Of a stretch of 64,000 nt of DNA, positions 25,236 through 38,039 are shown one piece after another. Within the stretch, counting starts at the first letter, position 1. Every line of letters starts with the position of its first letter. The stretch comes from Lytechinus pictus (Eukaryota), in the NCBI RefSeq assembly GCF_037042905.1, contig NC_087250.1, forward strand, positions 13,704,001 to 13,768,000, written 5' to 3'. A program made the translations under genes and the position numbers. Under the pieces are notes generated by a model. That model worked only from the letters and a program-made list of their open reading frames with translations. It did not search any database and was not told the origin of the DNA.

Positions 25236-25976
25236 GTAAGTAAAATGTTCCCAGGTTTCTGCAATATGGAAAACAACTTTAATAAACAGAATTCGGGAAG
25301 AATGTTTGTTACTTTTAAGTTGGTAGGTCCATATTAGATTAACAATCAGTTCACCTTGCAATTGTAGTAATAATAATAATGTTTCTGAGTTCTTTACTTC
25401 CCAAAATCCCATCAAAGCGGCCAACCATTAGATTTGTATGTAATTATTGCTGTTTTGCGATCAAAATTACAGCATTTACAATTTTTCTTCATAACATACA
25501 ATCTTCTAAAATGGTTTTTTTTTTCGAAGACAATAATATCCTATTGTTTAGAAATTGCCTCTGTAGATCGCTATTTTATAAAGCTTATGTTAGTTTAGGT
25601 AATTGTAATTTCAGGTAACCTCATTAAAGGTCAGAGGTCATTTATTGATGTGTATTTCATACTAGCATTATGAGGAATACTGAATACAGTGTCTTATTAC
25701 CATAGGTTGGCAGGTCTTGTTTTGAGGGTCATGTTGAGAAAATATTTCTTTTTTTCGTTGGAATTTTCCAAATTCTTTTTGCTGTAATGGTTCCTTTTTT
25801 TGGTCGCACAAGGATGGCAGCTCTGGCATATGCATGGACATCGTCGCGCCGGCATCTTAGAGGCTGAAGTCATTGCCTTGCATGCGTTGGTGGTCTGCAG
25901 CTGGCGCACCTGTTGCTACTCCACTTGCATATTCTTATATCCCCTGAGGGTGGGTGCAATGAGATTATGATGTCAT

Positions 25977-27723
25977 TAGGAGTGGGCTATACATGAGTCA
26001 AAAATACTTTTTTTGTCAATTTAATATGGCAACAGTTTTTATCTATTCGTTGTAATGTATCTCAACATGAAAATGACAATATTTTTTTGTCTCGGGTCCG
26101 AGAAAAAAGTGTGTTGGGCCAAAATCCAAAATGGCCGCCAAACCCCCCAAATCACAGTTTTGGCCACCATTGGTGGTCTTTTTCTCTGGTTTTGGTGTCT
26201 ATTCATATGTTTTTGGGGGGCAGGCAATCTGTTTTACCTGAAATTAGTACTTAAAAACCATTATTTGTAGGGTTAAAGGGTCATTTTACCTAAATTTACG
26301 CATTTTTAGACCCATTCTTCAGCCAAAAATTAGGTTTCATCGTCTTGTGGTTCGTGGATATTAGATGATACGAGTTCCACAATAGCAAGTAGTTTCATAT
26401 GCTACATGTATATTGCTCTTGTTCAGGAATCTACTTTGGGTTCTACAGATATTTTCAAAATGTATCTTATTAAATTAAAAAAATGTTATTTATCTATAGG
26501 GGCCATACAGTATACAATGTATTGTACATACTGCACTGCATACATGTATGTCCATGCATTGACCACCATGGCAAGGTCTACAGGTAGATCTATATAAACT
26601 ATAGTGTCATAGAATTACCTCTTCAATTAGATGCCTCAGAAATTGAAGATACTGTATGTTTTGTCTCAGAAATTAAGACATGTTTTGTCAAATATGCTCA
26701 TTCAGGGGGCGGAGAGAGGAAAATATCATTAACAATGGATTATAGTCAACCCCACATTATGGCATTTACACTGTGGCTATTCTGTTACCATTATGGTAAC
26801 TTTTTTGCCATTCAATTGTAACTTGCATGGAATCCTTGATTCTGATTGGCCGTTGATAAGCGTTACCATGGTAGTTAACTGACAATATAAATATAGGGTT
26901 AGACACAACCAGGTACATGTAAAAACAAGCCTCCAAATAAAGAAGATATGGCTAAAAATGTGATGTGCGTACATGTACATGATGTTTACACTGTATGTGC
27001 AATTTATGTTAAGCATCGGGTTACATATTTCCATCATGTATATCAGCTAACAAGCAATCAAATCCACAAGTCACAATCTAATTCTAAACCTCGGGAGCTC
27101 ACTTCTATGACACTATAGTTTATATACAGGACTTGTTATATGTCATGGAGGTCAATGCATGGATATATGCAGTGTAGTATGTACAGTACATTGTATACCA
27201 TACAGCCCCTATGGACCAATGACGTTTTCTTTTATTTGATAAAATATATTTCGCAAATATCTGTCGACCACAATTTAAAGATATTAAAGCTCTATATCTA
27301 TATGAAGCTGCTTGCTACTGTTCAACTGGTATCGTCTAATATCCAAGAACCATGAGACAATGAAACCTAATTTTTGGCTGAAAAAAGGGTCTCAAAATTA
27401 GTAAATTCAAGTAAAATCACCTTATCACTCTACAAATAATGGTTTAAAAGTACTAGTTTTAGGAAAAACAAATTGCTTGCCCATAAAAACACACAATGTA
27501 TGAATAGACACCAAAACCAGAGAAAAAGACCACCAAATAAAGAAGTTGTGGCCAAAACTGTAATTTGGGGGGTTTTGGCGGCCATTCTGGATTTTGGCCC
27601 GACACACTTTTTTCTCGGACCCGAGACAAAAAATATCATTTCATGTTGAGATAAGGTAAAAGGAATACAAAAAAACTGTTGGCACAGTAAAACCCAAAAT
27701 CACCCATTTATAGCCCACTCCTA
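25977..27723. mobile_element. Non-autonomous foldback element with ~650-bp arms and a 7-bp TSD
   Basis: ATGTCAT|TAGGAGTGGGCTATA ... TATAGCCCACTCCTA|ATGTCAT. Confidence 0.85.
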
Positions 27724-28653
27724 ATGTCATATGCATAGGGTCTTTTAAAAAAGCTCATACTTATTGGTATATTTTAGTACTATAGATTTTTTACCTCCAT
27801 TTCTCAAATTCAATTGATCGTATGAAGGGTGAACTGGGGCTATTAGGAAACCTGTGTTAACAAATCTCTGCTTTGAATTGCTGTAAGAAGCCACCAGTGT
27901 AGGAAATATATGAAGGTGATAGGTGATTTTGCCTTCATGGCAGCCCAAATCGCCCTTAAAATTGCAAAATGGAATTCTTCGGGGCAACCATCATTTCTAT
28001 ACATGTAGTTGCCCCAATAGTTGCTCCATAAATATTCAAGAACATTGAGAAAATGAATTTTCTACATGCATGAGAATAATGCCTTTACAGCATTATTGCC
28101 CACTGGGGAAAAAAGCCCTTCAAATGAAAGAAAATAGCCCCCAAAATTCAGCTATCGCCCCAATGTGGCAAAAAAAATTGCCTCTAAAAATATTTTCTAC
28201 CCTGGAAGCCACTCATATTCTTGCATTTGCTTTTGCGAAGTGTTAATAAAGCTTTGAGCATGTTCTTTTCAGCACTTATTAAAAAGAGTTTTGTGAGAAC
28301 AGACAATGGTGAATATATGAAGAGATCTCTTTATTCTAAGATTTATTTTAACTGTAAAATCTTGCTCAAGTTTCGTTCATGTGCTGTCATATCTTGAAGA
28401 AAAAAACATTTACTGTGGGGCTAGTTTTAGAATTTCCATGAATTGATAAGCGACAGTCTTTGCTATCCAATCAAATCCAAAGTTCATTTGATCTAGCGCC
28501 TTTTCCTTTCGGTTACAAAGCGCTGCACACACTACTCCATGTGTGGGCCACTAAAACAATAATTAAACACCTCAGAATGATTACCTTAATCCATGCATTT
28601 TACTGTCTCGGTGTCTAATTCATATTTCTATCTGCTTTTGTTTCTCTTCACAG

Positions 28654-28683
28654 AGAGATATGATCCACAAAATCTGCATATGA
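28654..28683 (+). CDS. MOB3: MOB3-like terminal coding exon (RDMIHKICI*)
   Basis: Strong polypyrimidine tract plus cacAG; 9 codons then TGA; resembles the vertebrate MOB3 ending (KEMT.RMCH-like). Confidence 0.85.
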   Translation, partial: RDMIHKICI

Positions 28684-29354
28684 GCGCTCCTTTGACCTTT
28701 GACCCTTCCTCCTGACCTAGCACCTAGGGATATCTACAACAGCTCATTGACCTTTGAACTCTTGGGCTCACCATGTCTTAATATGTGAAGGCTCCAATTT
28801 GGATGTACGTTCCTTGTAGAACTAACAGCAAGAAGTAGCCCTGATCTTACTTCCCCATGATGGCATCTCAGCTTTGAACTTTGACCTGACCTTTGTTCAG
28901 TTACACATGACCTTTGAACCCATGTCACATGAAGGCTTCTCCTGAGATCTATACACTTTTGTGTTCCGCTATATTGAACCCATTCATCCTATAACCGCCA
29001 ACTGCAACCAAACCTAGCTCTTCGTGTGCGTATTCTCAGCTGAACTTTGACCTTTGTCCAGGTGGACATGACCTTTGAACCGATGTCATATGAAGCCTCC
29101 TATATTAAGCAACAACCACACCAAGAATGTAGCCTGATTGAAAATCTTCAAAAGCAGATATCTGGCCTCACTAGTTTACAGAAATACTCTATGTGGCCTC
29201 CTGAGATATTTATTATACCTATCACAGATTTATTACAATGTGCTAGTTTTTAATATCTTAATTGATTGTAGTAACCATAATATTTTCTATTCAAGTTGTT
29301 AGAGGTGATGTATTGCCCAGACGTTGGTTTATATTCACTTTGTCTATACACAAT

Positions 29355-29665
29355 GGCCCGTATTCTGAAGTCAGATTTAACTTAGACCATGGTCTAACTC
29401 TGCTAAAGTTATGGAAAGCCAAACATGTCAAAATTGTCCTTAAATTGCATGTTTCTTATGCTTACTTTGCTCTTCCCTAACTCTTGAATGGTGAAGAAAG
29501 TTATCTTATTTATCTTTCCGAAAACAGTTAAGAATGGTTTGAGCGAAAAAGGAGCTGATACATTTATATTATATTGTTAGAGATTTATGCCACTATTTGC
29601 TGTTCATAGTTAAAACACAACTTTAAACCAGAGTTTGAATTAAAACCGACTTCAGAATACGGGCC
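29355..29665. mobile_element. Harbinger-like MITE in the probable MOB3 3' UTR
   Basis: Same TIRs as 24677-24988. Confidence 0.75.
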
Positions 29666-30448
29666 AGTTGGTCTACTTTATCAGATGGTCTCATACCACA
29701 TGGGCTAGAACCCAATTTGGTCTACTGTTCACTTGGTCCTGCTCGGTTTAGACTACACTTGGTCTAATACACACTTGGTCTAATTCCCATTTAGTCTATT
29801 GCCCAGTTGGTCTAATTTCCAGTTTGTCTCTTGTTTTTATTTTTTACTTTGTCAAATGAAAATTTGGTGCATATATAGTTTATCTCACCATATACTGTTG
29901 ACTAAATGATGTTCAGGGGAGGGTTTCATTAATATTTTTGTCCAACGAGTTGTCAGATCTGACAACTTTCCCTGATTCTGATTGGCTGTGAGGCACTGTT
30001 ACTATGGAAACTGTCAAATAAACACTGTGAAACACTGACCAATTGGATTTTAGATAAAATGTATATTGCCTAACTGGAAATATAGCAAAATTGTTAATGG
30101 ACTAAATGGCAATAAACCCAAATGGTTAGTAGACAAACTGGTTATAGACAAACTAGGATTATACCATTTGGGATGAAACAAAACAGAAAGTGGACAGAGT
30201 TGATCTAGACCATTAGCAATTGACTGTTGGCACTCCCATGTGTGATTAATTCACTTTATGTTAAGAGGTTCGGTACAGACCAATATATTTATTACAGTTT
30301 CTATGTCATGAAAGTTATTACCATCATATTGTATAGCCCTATTACCAATATGCTTTGATATTTATTAATGTAGCCAGGATTGTAGTTTATCTATAAGCAT
30401 TCTAGGTAGCAATTTTTCCAAACATTTTTTAATGTGATCTTCCTCAGG

Positions 30449-30606
30449 GGGGGCGTTTCATGAAAGGACTTGTCGGACGTTTTATCCGACAAGTCCCATT
30501 TTATCCGACAGTTACCATAGGAACAGTGCCTCTCTGCCAATCAAAATCATGGAAAGATGTCAGATCTGACAACTTGTCGGATGAAAATATTGATGAAACG
30601 CTCCCC
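30449..30606. mobile_element. Short Harbinger-like MITE (decayed relatives near 29915, 32997, 52700, 54880, 60105, 61080)
   Basis: GGGGCGTTTCAT ... ATGAAACGCTCCCC; shared internal GCCAATCA(A/G)AAT and GTCAGATCTGACAA motifs. Confidence 0.7.
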
Positions 30607-30779
30607 AGGTCGTTACTTTCACATTGCAAAGGTCCAAGGTCAAATATTAATCAAACGTCAAGTCCACCTCATAAAGAGTTGATATGAATCCATTTCACAT
30701 GATCCCTGTGTATTGGAGGCTTCTTGAAATGGTTCGTCTCTATTTTTCAGTTCATTAAAAAATTTGTAGTGCTCATATT

Positions 30780-31020
30780 CACTGCAAAAATACTGGTGTT
30801 AAATTAACACCAGCTGGTATCTGTACAGGAAAGCACCAGAGAGGTGTTGAAACAGCACTACTTTGGCTTTAGGCTAACACCAAATAGGCATTTAAACAAC
30901 ACTAATCAGTCTTAAACCAACATCGGTTTGATTCTTTACTGGTGTCGTTTCAACACTTTCCTGGTGTTTTCCGATATAGATACTGGTTGGTGTTAAATCA
31001 ACACTGGTGTTTTTGCGGTG
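30780..31020. mobile_element. CACTG-terminated (EnSpm/CACTA-like) MITE
   Basis: CACTGCAAAAA ... TTTTTGCGGTG with internal ACACCA/TGGTGT repeats. Confidence 0.6.
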
Positions 31021-31594
31021 TACTATCATGGCTTGTCGCTTTCCATGAGGTAGAGTAAATTGAGAAAAAGTGGAGCCTTCATATACATGTAGTTATTACT
31101 TGCCATTGTATTAAAAAATGATATTTTTGGAATACAAAATAAAAATGTTATTAACCATTAGTTTACTCCCCATCCTACTCGTGAACTTATTTTTTGTATA
31201 TTTTGCTTTCTTTCAATTTGTACTAAGGTACATTTTTATATTGATGTTCTTTTTAATCATATTTTTTATTCATTATTTGAGAATATCATGATGCATTTTT
31301 TATCAATAACTGTTCATTGTTTATAGATATGTATACCCAGGCAGTGATAGCTAAAACAGAAAACATACTTTGAATAGATAATATGTCATGAATTTCTGAG
31401 ATTCCAGTTTGAAATTCATATTCTCATGTCTACTGCTTGGGCGAAATTTTAAAAAAGGTGGTTCTGAATCTGTAGTCTCAGACCTGAAAAGAGTCCTGTT
31501 ATCAATGCTAGCTACTGACATACGGGGCTATTAAAGTTTGTGTGTGTGTTTCTTACAGATAACATACATGTATTAGTGAGCAATCTGCACTCTG

Positions 31595-31776
31595 CAGGGG
31601 TGTGAGTGTTCAGATTTTTATCTGATTTCAGATTTTTTTGTTTTGATTTTCAGCTTAATTTCAGCTTATTTTTGGTTTTCCTCTACAAAAAGTATGGGAG
31701 CTCTTTCTATTTCAGACTTTTTCAACGCTCTTCAGCTTTTTTCAGATCTTTTTATTTGTGACCACTCACACCCCTG
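31595..31776. mobile_element. Small hAT-like MITE
   Basis: ACTCTG|CAGGGGTGTGAGTG ... CACTCACACCCCTG|AATCTG (flanks match at 5 of 6 positions). Confidence 0.7.
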
Positions 31777-33157
31777 AATCTGCTTTTGATTTGTTATGTT
31801 TTAAATTTTAATGAGAAATTCCAGTTGTAACGATCTCAAACCGAGCAAAGCAGAGTCAAATTAAATGACCATCCACACGTTTGTATGTATAAATTATAAA
31901 ATATATGAAAAGCTGCTCTGGAAGGAAATGTCAAATTGATGAGAAATAAGCAAAATGAACATGGAATTCCATCAAATGTCAAGTATTTTCCAAACATTTT
32001 TAATACACTGTCCCACATGTGCTTCTCTGTGTTAGTGATCGAAGGTGTCGTCAGTTTTCAGCTAAGATTTCATGATTTTACAGAGTTAAGTGTATGTTAG
32101 TGTACCATATCTAGATCTATGATAATATGGTGACACTGAATCCTGATTCCAAGGACTCTCATGAAATAATTGTTTGCTTCAGTTAAGAAGCAGAAACGGT
32201 TCCACCAAATCATGGATTTACTTGTAAGGCCACCTTTCTTAATTTGAGCCTATGTGTTCATGTTATACACAGGAATTATCAGAAACAAGTGCAAGCAAGT
32301 TCACCTGAAACTAACTACACCAAATTATAATTCATGTTTGTTAGGAACATTTCATACTCTTTAAATAAAAATTTCATAATGTTAGTTTTAAATGAGCTGT
32401 GTTGAAAAAAGCACTTAAGTAGTGTGTAAAAGTAGATTTTATAAGAATGAATTATTCATTTATATCATTCAACATTTCGTTCAGGGTATTTACGTTGTAA
32501 AAAGTTAACCAAGGAGACTAGCCATACAATCAAGTAAGTTATTTGGTTTTAAATCGTGTTTGAATGAATGAAAAAAATTGATATGTGCTCTGTAGAAAAG
32601 TTTTCCATGTACTTTCATAAATCTTATGTATTTTCGATGAGAGATAAAGATATTTTCATAATTGTGACTTTTATGTACCGAAATCAAAGAGCCTAATCTG
32701 CAATTCTACACAGTATATGTATTGTATTGTCTATGTTATATGTACAATGTATTGTAAAGTATCACATTTTTTGCGCAGTGTATTGCACTTTTCCTAACAT
32801 TGCCTTGTCTAAAATTTCCATGCAAGATCAAAATCCCTTCAAAAATCTAATTTCTCGAGTTGCTCATCAAGTGCTATTGTACCTATGTCAAAGTTATCTT
32901 GTACAGGTATTTACTTTATGTTTATTAGAGAGTATGATGTTTATTTATGATGTGTTTCCTTGAGGTTTTATACAGTTATTCTTCTGAAAAATTACTTGGT
33001 CCCGTTTCATAAAGACTTGTTACAAGAACAAATGCACAATTTTTATAGCAAATTTACCATCATCCAATCAGATTGAAGGATTTCAGTAGCTTTTAACTGT
33101 TATTTCAAATTTGTTATTGAAACAAGATTTATGAAACTGACCGCAGATACATTGCTG

Positions 33158-33270
33158 CAGTGGCAGACCATGACCCGGAGGAGACAAAGCATTGGAGGGG
33201 CACTGTAAAGTTTGTGAACAATGCTGTGCCCCCCAATGCTTTGTCTCCTCCGGGTCACGGTCCGCCACTG
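33158..33270. mobile_element. 113-bp hairpin hAT-like MITE
   Basis: CATTGCTG|CAGTGGC...GCCACTG|CATTGCTA (TSD matches at 7 of 8); near-perfect stem of about 45 bp. Confidence 0.8.
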
Positions 33271-33362
33271 CATTGCTACTCATATCATGTATTGTTACTA
33301 TTTGCACATTATCATATTATTGCGAATACTTCTGATATATTGAATAAAGATTAAGAACATTA

Positions 33363-34991
33363 GGGGCCTGTTTCTCAACACATGGACAAGTTAGTCATAT
33401 CTTTATCCACCAACCACGGAGTTAGTTCCAATCTTACTAAACCTGTTTCACAAAAGGCTTCCTAACTAGAATACCTTGATATCAACCTGTCGGTAGAAAA
33501 AACAGACGAGACGTAGCCTTAGTCACAAACTAGCATAATTTTCAAAAAGAAAAATTATGACAAAATTGCAAATATTGTGATGAATTGGGAAATACATCTT
33601 TTCAAAATAATAGCACAGATGAACTATGCATCATACATACTTAGTCCATGAAGACTGGAGCATTCAATTGCTGAGAAAATTAAATTATGAATAATTAATT
33701 TCATGACTAAAAAATCTCTTGTGGACGTTGAGATGGGTACCCCCGGGATATCCAATTTTAATAGTTTAGGAAAGTAAACCATAGCGGTTTTCTTTGTAAA
33801 ATGATGATAATTATACGGTCTTTTACGCTTCCAAACATCATCAAAATATAGTTTAACGAAACATTTTAAAATCTTTGATACCAAAACATACGATATTTGA
33901 CAAATTATATGCATAAATTAGAGATAGAATTTATCCAACTGTTAAAGGACAAGTCCACCCCAGCGAAAAGTTCATTTGAATAAAAAGATAAAAATCCAAT
34001 AAGCATAACACTGAAAATTTCATCAAAATCGGATGTAAAATAAGAAAGTTATGACATTTTAAAGTTTCGCTTTATTTCACAAAACAGTTATATGCACATC
34101 CTGGTCCATATGCAAATGAGGAGACTGATGACATCATCCACTCACTATTTCTTTTGTATTTCATTATATGAAATAATCTAATTTTCTCCTCTTTGTCAAG
34201 TGAAAAAACGATTAATTCCTCCATGAACATGTGGAATTAGCATTGTTTAATACTATATGGTTCAGTCAAGTTGGTCCTTACTGTCAAATCTGAAAAAAAT
34301 TAAATATTGTATATTTCAAACAATAGAAAACAAAAGAAATAGTGAGTGAGGGACATCATCGACCGTCTCATTTGCATGTCACTGAGATGTGCATATCACT
34401 GTTTTGTGAAAAATAAGCGAAACTTTAAAATGTCATAACTTTCTTATTTTACATCCGATTTTGATGAAATTTTCAGCATTATGCTAGTTTGATTTTTCTC
34501 TATTTATTCAAATCAACATTTTCTGGGGTGGACTTGACCTTTAATAAGGGTCTGAAAACAACAAATAAGAGTCCAGTTATGGATGGCCTGATGTGGTAGA
34601 ATCTTTATCGATTAAATTATTTTACTATTTCAAAATGAATGGTATTGTGGCGTTTTACCAACAGTTTTTATAGTTTCTTTGTATTACAATTATCATTGAA
34701 TGCATTATTCCACTTGTTTTGTGATGTAATTTCAACCTCTATGATTGATTACGTGAGATTATAATTTAAAAATTTCTAGGCACTTTTGCATGTCATAGTC
34801 TACCCACGTGATGCCACTATGTCATTAAGAAAGAAGTTATGACAGGTTCGGAGGTGTCATAAATATTTAGTGAAGTTGTTGTACTCGATCTTGGTAAAGA
34901 GGGCTTCGTGAAACGATTAGCGGACAAGTAGCTCACTATCTCCGATTTAGTCAAGAAGTTAGACTTATGACGGTGTTGAGAAACAGGCCCC
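33363..34991. mobile_element. Harbinger-like non-autonomous element hosting a K1 MITE
   Basis: GGGGCCTGTTTCTCAACAC ... GTGTTGAGAAACAGGCCCC; perfect 19-bp TIR. Confidence 0.8.
33946..34540. mobile_element. Kolobok/T2-type MITE, family K1 (nested)
   Basis: TTAA|AGGACAAGTCCACCCC ... GGGGTGGACTTGACCT|TTAA. Confidence 0.9.
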
Positions 34992-36229
34992 AGGACTTTT
35001 GTGTTTCATGAAAATCCTGCATTCATTTAGAAGCAGTACATTTTGATTTAGATAGAAATTTTGGTCTCTCAAACTGAACGTTGAACAGCCATGTTATTGT
35101 CACTTCTTTTAAAAGAATTCAAAACTGTTTGAAAACTTAATACTTTGTTACTTAGAATTTCTTGAATTATACAAGAAACATTGAACAGCCATGTTAATGT
35201 TCTTTTTTTTTTATCAACTAAAAGTTTGACAAATTAATATATACCTGTTTGCAGAAGTGAATGGTATACAGATATTGACCGGTCATGAGTAAAAACTATT
35301 GCCCCCAAAGTGATCTCAAGATGAACAGGTCTATAGTAGGTCCGTAGTGTAAAGATCACTGAGGGATAATGCATTTTGCTATTGCCTGCAGATGCAGTTT
35401 GTATTTTTTTATATAAAACTATTGTTTTTAGTAGGGTAATATAGTAAAATCTATTGCCCTGTTCAAATCATGCCAATTGGTCTATAACAGGTCTTATTTA
35501 ATTTCCTTCATGTATTTATTTTCAGTCTATCATGCAAATCAAGTTTACATTTTTAATGGCTGTGGTACTTGTATTTGTATGTTGTTTGATTTTGTATGCC
35601 GTGTGCTCCATTACTCAGTTACGTAATGCTATTTCATTATCACTCTTATTACATGATCAACTTTCAAATGATTGTTGGTTATTATATAAAGATATTTGTC
35701 CATACACAGTAGGACTTGCAGCTGCAGAGATTTAACAAAAAATTAGTGCAAATTTTCACAAAATTGCTTGAAATTATGGTTTTAACTATATAGTAAGGTA
35801 CAAAATGGTGCCTGAATATAACAGCTACCCCCACCCCTCCAAAAAAAAAAAATCCTGCAATATATAATAATGAGTTATTTACCCAGTGCAACCAGTGATG
35901 AATTGCTCTACATGTGGGTCCTACATTGTGATATTATGTTACTTGTAAACAAGGTTTGATTAAAAATATATGAAATACTTTTGAATTATTTTGCACAATG
36001 CAATTTATGAGTTTGTCATGCATTGATAACCAATTGCCCCGGTTTGGCTTTAAAGAATTACGTAAAGAAGTGGAATCATTTAATCAACACTTGTTATATC
36101 CTTTGCTCAAATGCATTTTTCGTCAAATGAATCTTCTTTGCCATAAGCAATTAACCATATAATAATCATTTACTTGTTTCTTATTGCATAACTCACTTTT
36201 AAGTGTCCCAGCGCTCTAATCCCTAACCC

Positions 36230-36460
36230 GTTCTAGTGACAAAAAGTATTGCATTGATTTAGTACACTCAAACTTAAATAGATGTCGAAATTTTGAATGA
36301 TAAATTGTTCTAGTGACAAAAAGTATTGCATTGATTTTGCAGAATCAAACATGAATAGATTTTGGAATTTGAAATGATAAATTGTTCTAGTGATAGAGTA
36401 TTGCATTGATTTTGTACAATCAAACCTGATTAGATGTCAAAATTTTGAATGATAAATTGG
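36230..36460. repeat. About 77-bp tandem repeat, 3 copies
   Basis: GTTCTAGTGA...AGTATTGCATTGATTT...GAATGATAAATT repeated three times. Confidence 0.85.
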
Positions 36461-36589
36461 GATTTTAATATGAACATGCAGCAAGAAGATAGAGTTCCCA
36501 TTTACCACCCAAAAGTGGAAAAATACCAGATGATACTCATGCATACATCTGTTTTTGTTTTTAATTTTTATGTTATACCGAGTTTTTTA

Positions 36590-36780
36590 CCTGACTGCTA
36601 AGAAAGCACGAATGCCTGTGAGCAAGCAACCAGAGGACCGACGGCTTAAGGTCCTCTCCGAGGGACCTGGTAATGAGGATAAATGCCTTACCAAAGGGCA
36701 CTAGCGCACCACGTGGGAATCGAACCCGGGTCACCGGAATCCGAAACCCCCGCTCTACCGACTGAGCTATCGCGCCTCCC
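36590..36780 (-). mobile_element. tRNA-derived SINE (third family)
   Basis: Reverse complement reads GGAGGCGCGATAGCTCAGTCGGTAGAGCG...GGGTTCGATTCCC, followed by a non-tRNA body (CCCTTTGGTAAGGCATTTATCC...). Confidence 0.8.
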
Positions 36781-37029
36781 TGAGGAGTAGGAAGATATAT
36801 CTTTTAATTTGTGATTTGTTTTGCATTAGTAAGATCAATGCTTTTTGGGGGGATTATGATATGTCATGTTCAAGTTTAATAGTAAAAGGAAAAGGCAACA
36901 AACATAAAATGTATATACCATATTGAATCTTGTACTGAACATTTTTTTGAATAACATTGTATTTGCAATTTATACAAGAATATTTATATGTGTATGGACT
37001 TGTTTCTTACCGTGAGGTTTTGTGTTGTG

Positions 37030-37990
37030 TGGGAGAGAGAGCGAGAGGGGGGAGGAAAGAAAGAAAGAGCATAAGAAGGGAAGGAAAGAGTTAACAGCTT
37101 AGTAAGAAAGAAAGAGGGTTAGTAAGAAAAAAAGATTGTAAGAAAAAAGGAAAGAGTTAGCAGGTTAGTAAGAAAGAAAGAAAGAAAGAACGAGTGTAAG
37201 AAAAAGGGGAAGTTAGCAGGTTAGTAAGAAAGAAAGAGGGTTAGTAAGAAAGAAAGAGAGAGAGAAAGAAAGAAGGGGGCTAATAGACATACATGCAGGG
37301 ATTATAAGGTTTAGTAAAGGCAAAGGAAAAAGAAAGAAGAGGGATATAAAAGAGGGTGAGAAAAGGTGCTGAAAAAAAAAACCACTGTAAAATTCTTTTT
37401 TTTTAAGTGCTTAATGAAATAAGATAATCACGTAAATTATGCAGGCGAGACTCCACGAGGTGTTCCATCATCGTGCCTTATCGATTTGTTAAAAGAGAGG
37501 TTGCAATGATAGAAATGAAGAGGGAGGGGGAGGGGTGCGAGTATAGGAAATGAGAGGATGGAGGAGGTGTTCCATCAACGTGTCTTATCGAGAACATAAG
37601 TTTACGAAAAGGGGTGAAAAGAGAGATTGCAATGATAGAAACGAGGAGAAAGAGATAGGGGAGAGGTGCGAGTATAGGAAATGAGAGGATGGAGGTCGAT
37701 CGGAGGATAGAAAAGACTAAGTGGAAGAAGCGAGGGGTGATGAGTAGGAAGGAAGAGAGAGAGGAGAAAAAAAAAGGGAGGGGATGGGAGGAGGGGATTT
37801 AAAGGATTAACTGAAAGAGTAGATGGAGGCGGTAGTATAATTTTTTAAAGATAGGGGCATGATATGGGGACGAAGAAGCCAGTAAATCAAAAGGGGGGAA
37901 GAGGGGTGTGTAGGAAAGAAATGAAAGAAGATCGGAATCATAAGAGAGAAGAGAAAAGGGAAGAATGAGTTAAGAAAGAGTGATGAGCGA
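37030..37990. repeat. Purine-rich (GA/GAAA) low-complexity tract with an internal ~120-bp duplication
   Basis: Directly visible; GAGGTGTTCCATCA...GGTGCGAGTATAGGAAATGAGAGGATGGAGG occurs twice (37457-37695). Confidence 0.85.
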
Positions 37991-38039
37991 CGATTTGGTT
38001 GCATGGGACGGAGGAGCCTGAAAATGCTGCGCAGACTGT

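Noticed and set aside
10993..28683. Assignment as MOB1 or MOB2
   Set aside because: [24 protein letters not shown] and [12 protein letters not shown] match the MOB3 subfamily rather than MOB1 (ATLGSGNL, TVDFFNQINMLYGT, NTSFKHF).
36705..36780. tRNA gene on the minus strand
   Set aside because: A and B boxes are present, but the anticodon and acceptor stems pair poorly and the sequence runs into a SINE body.
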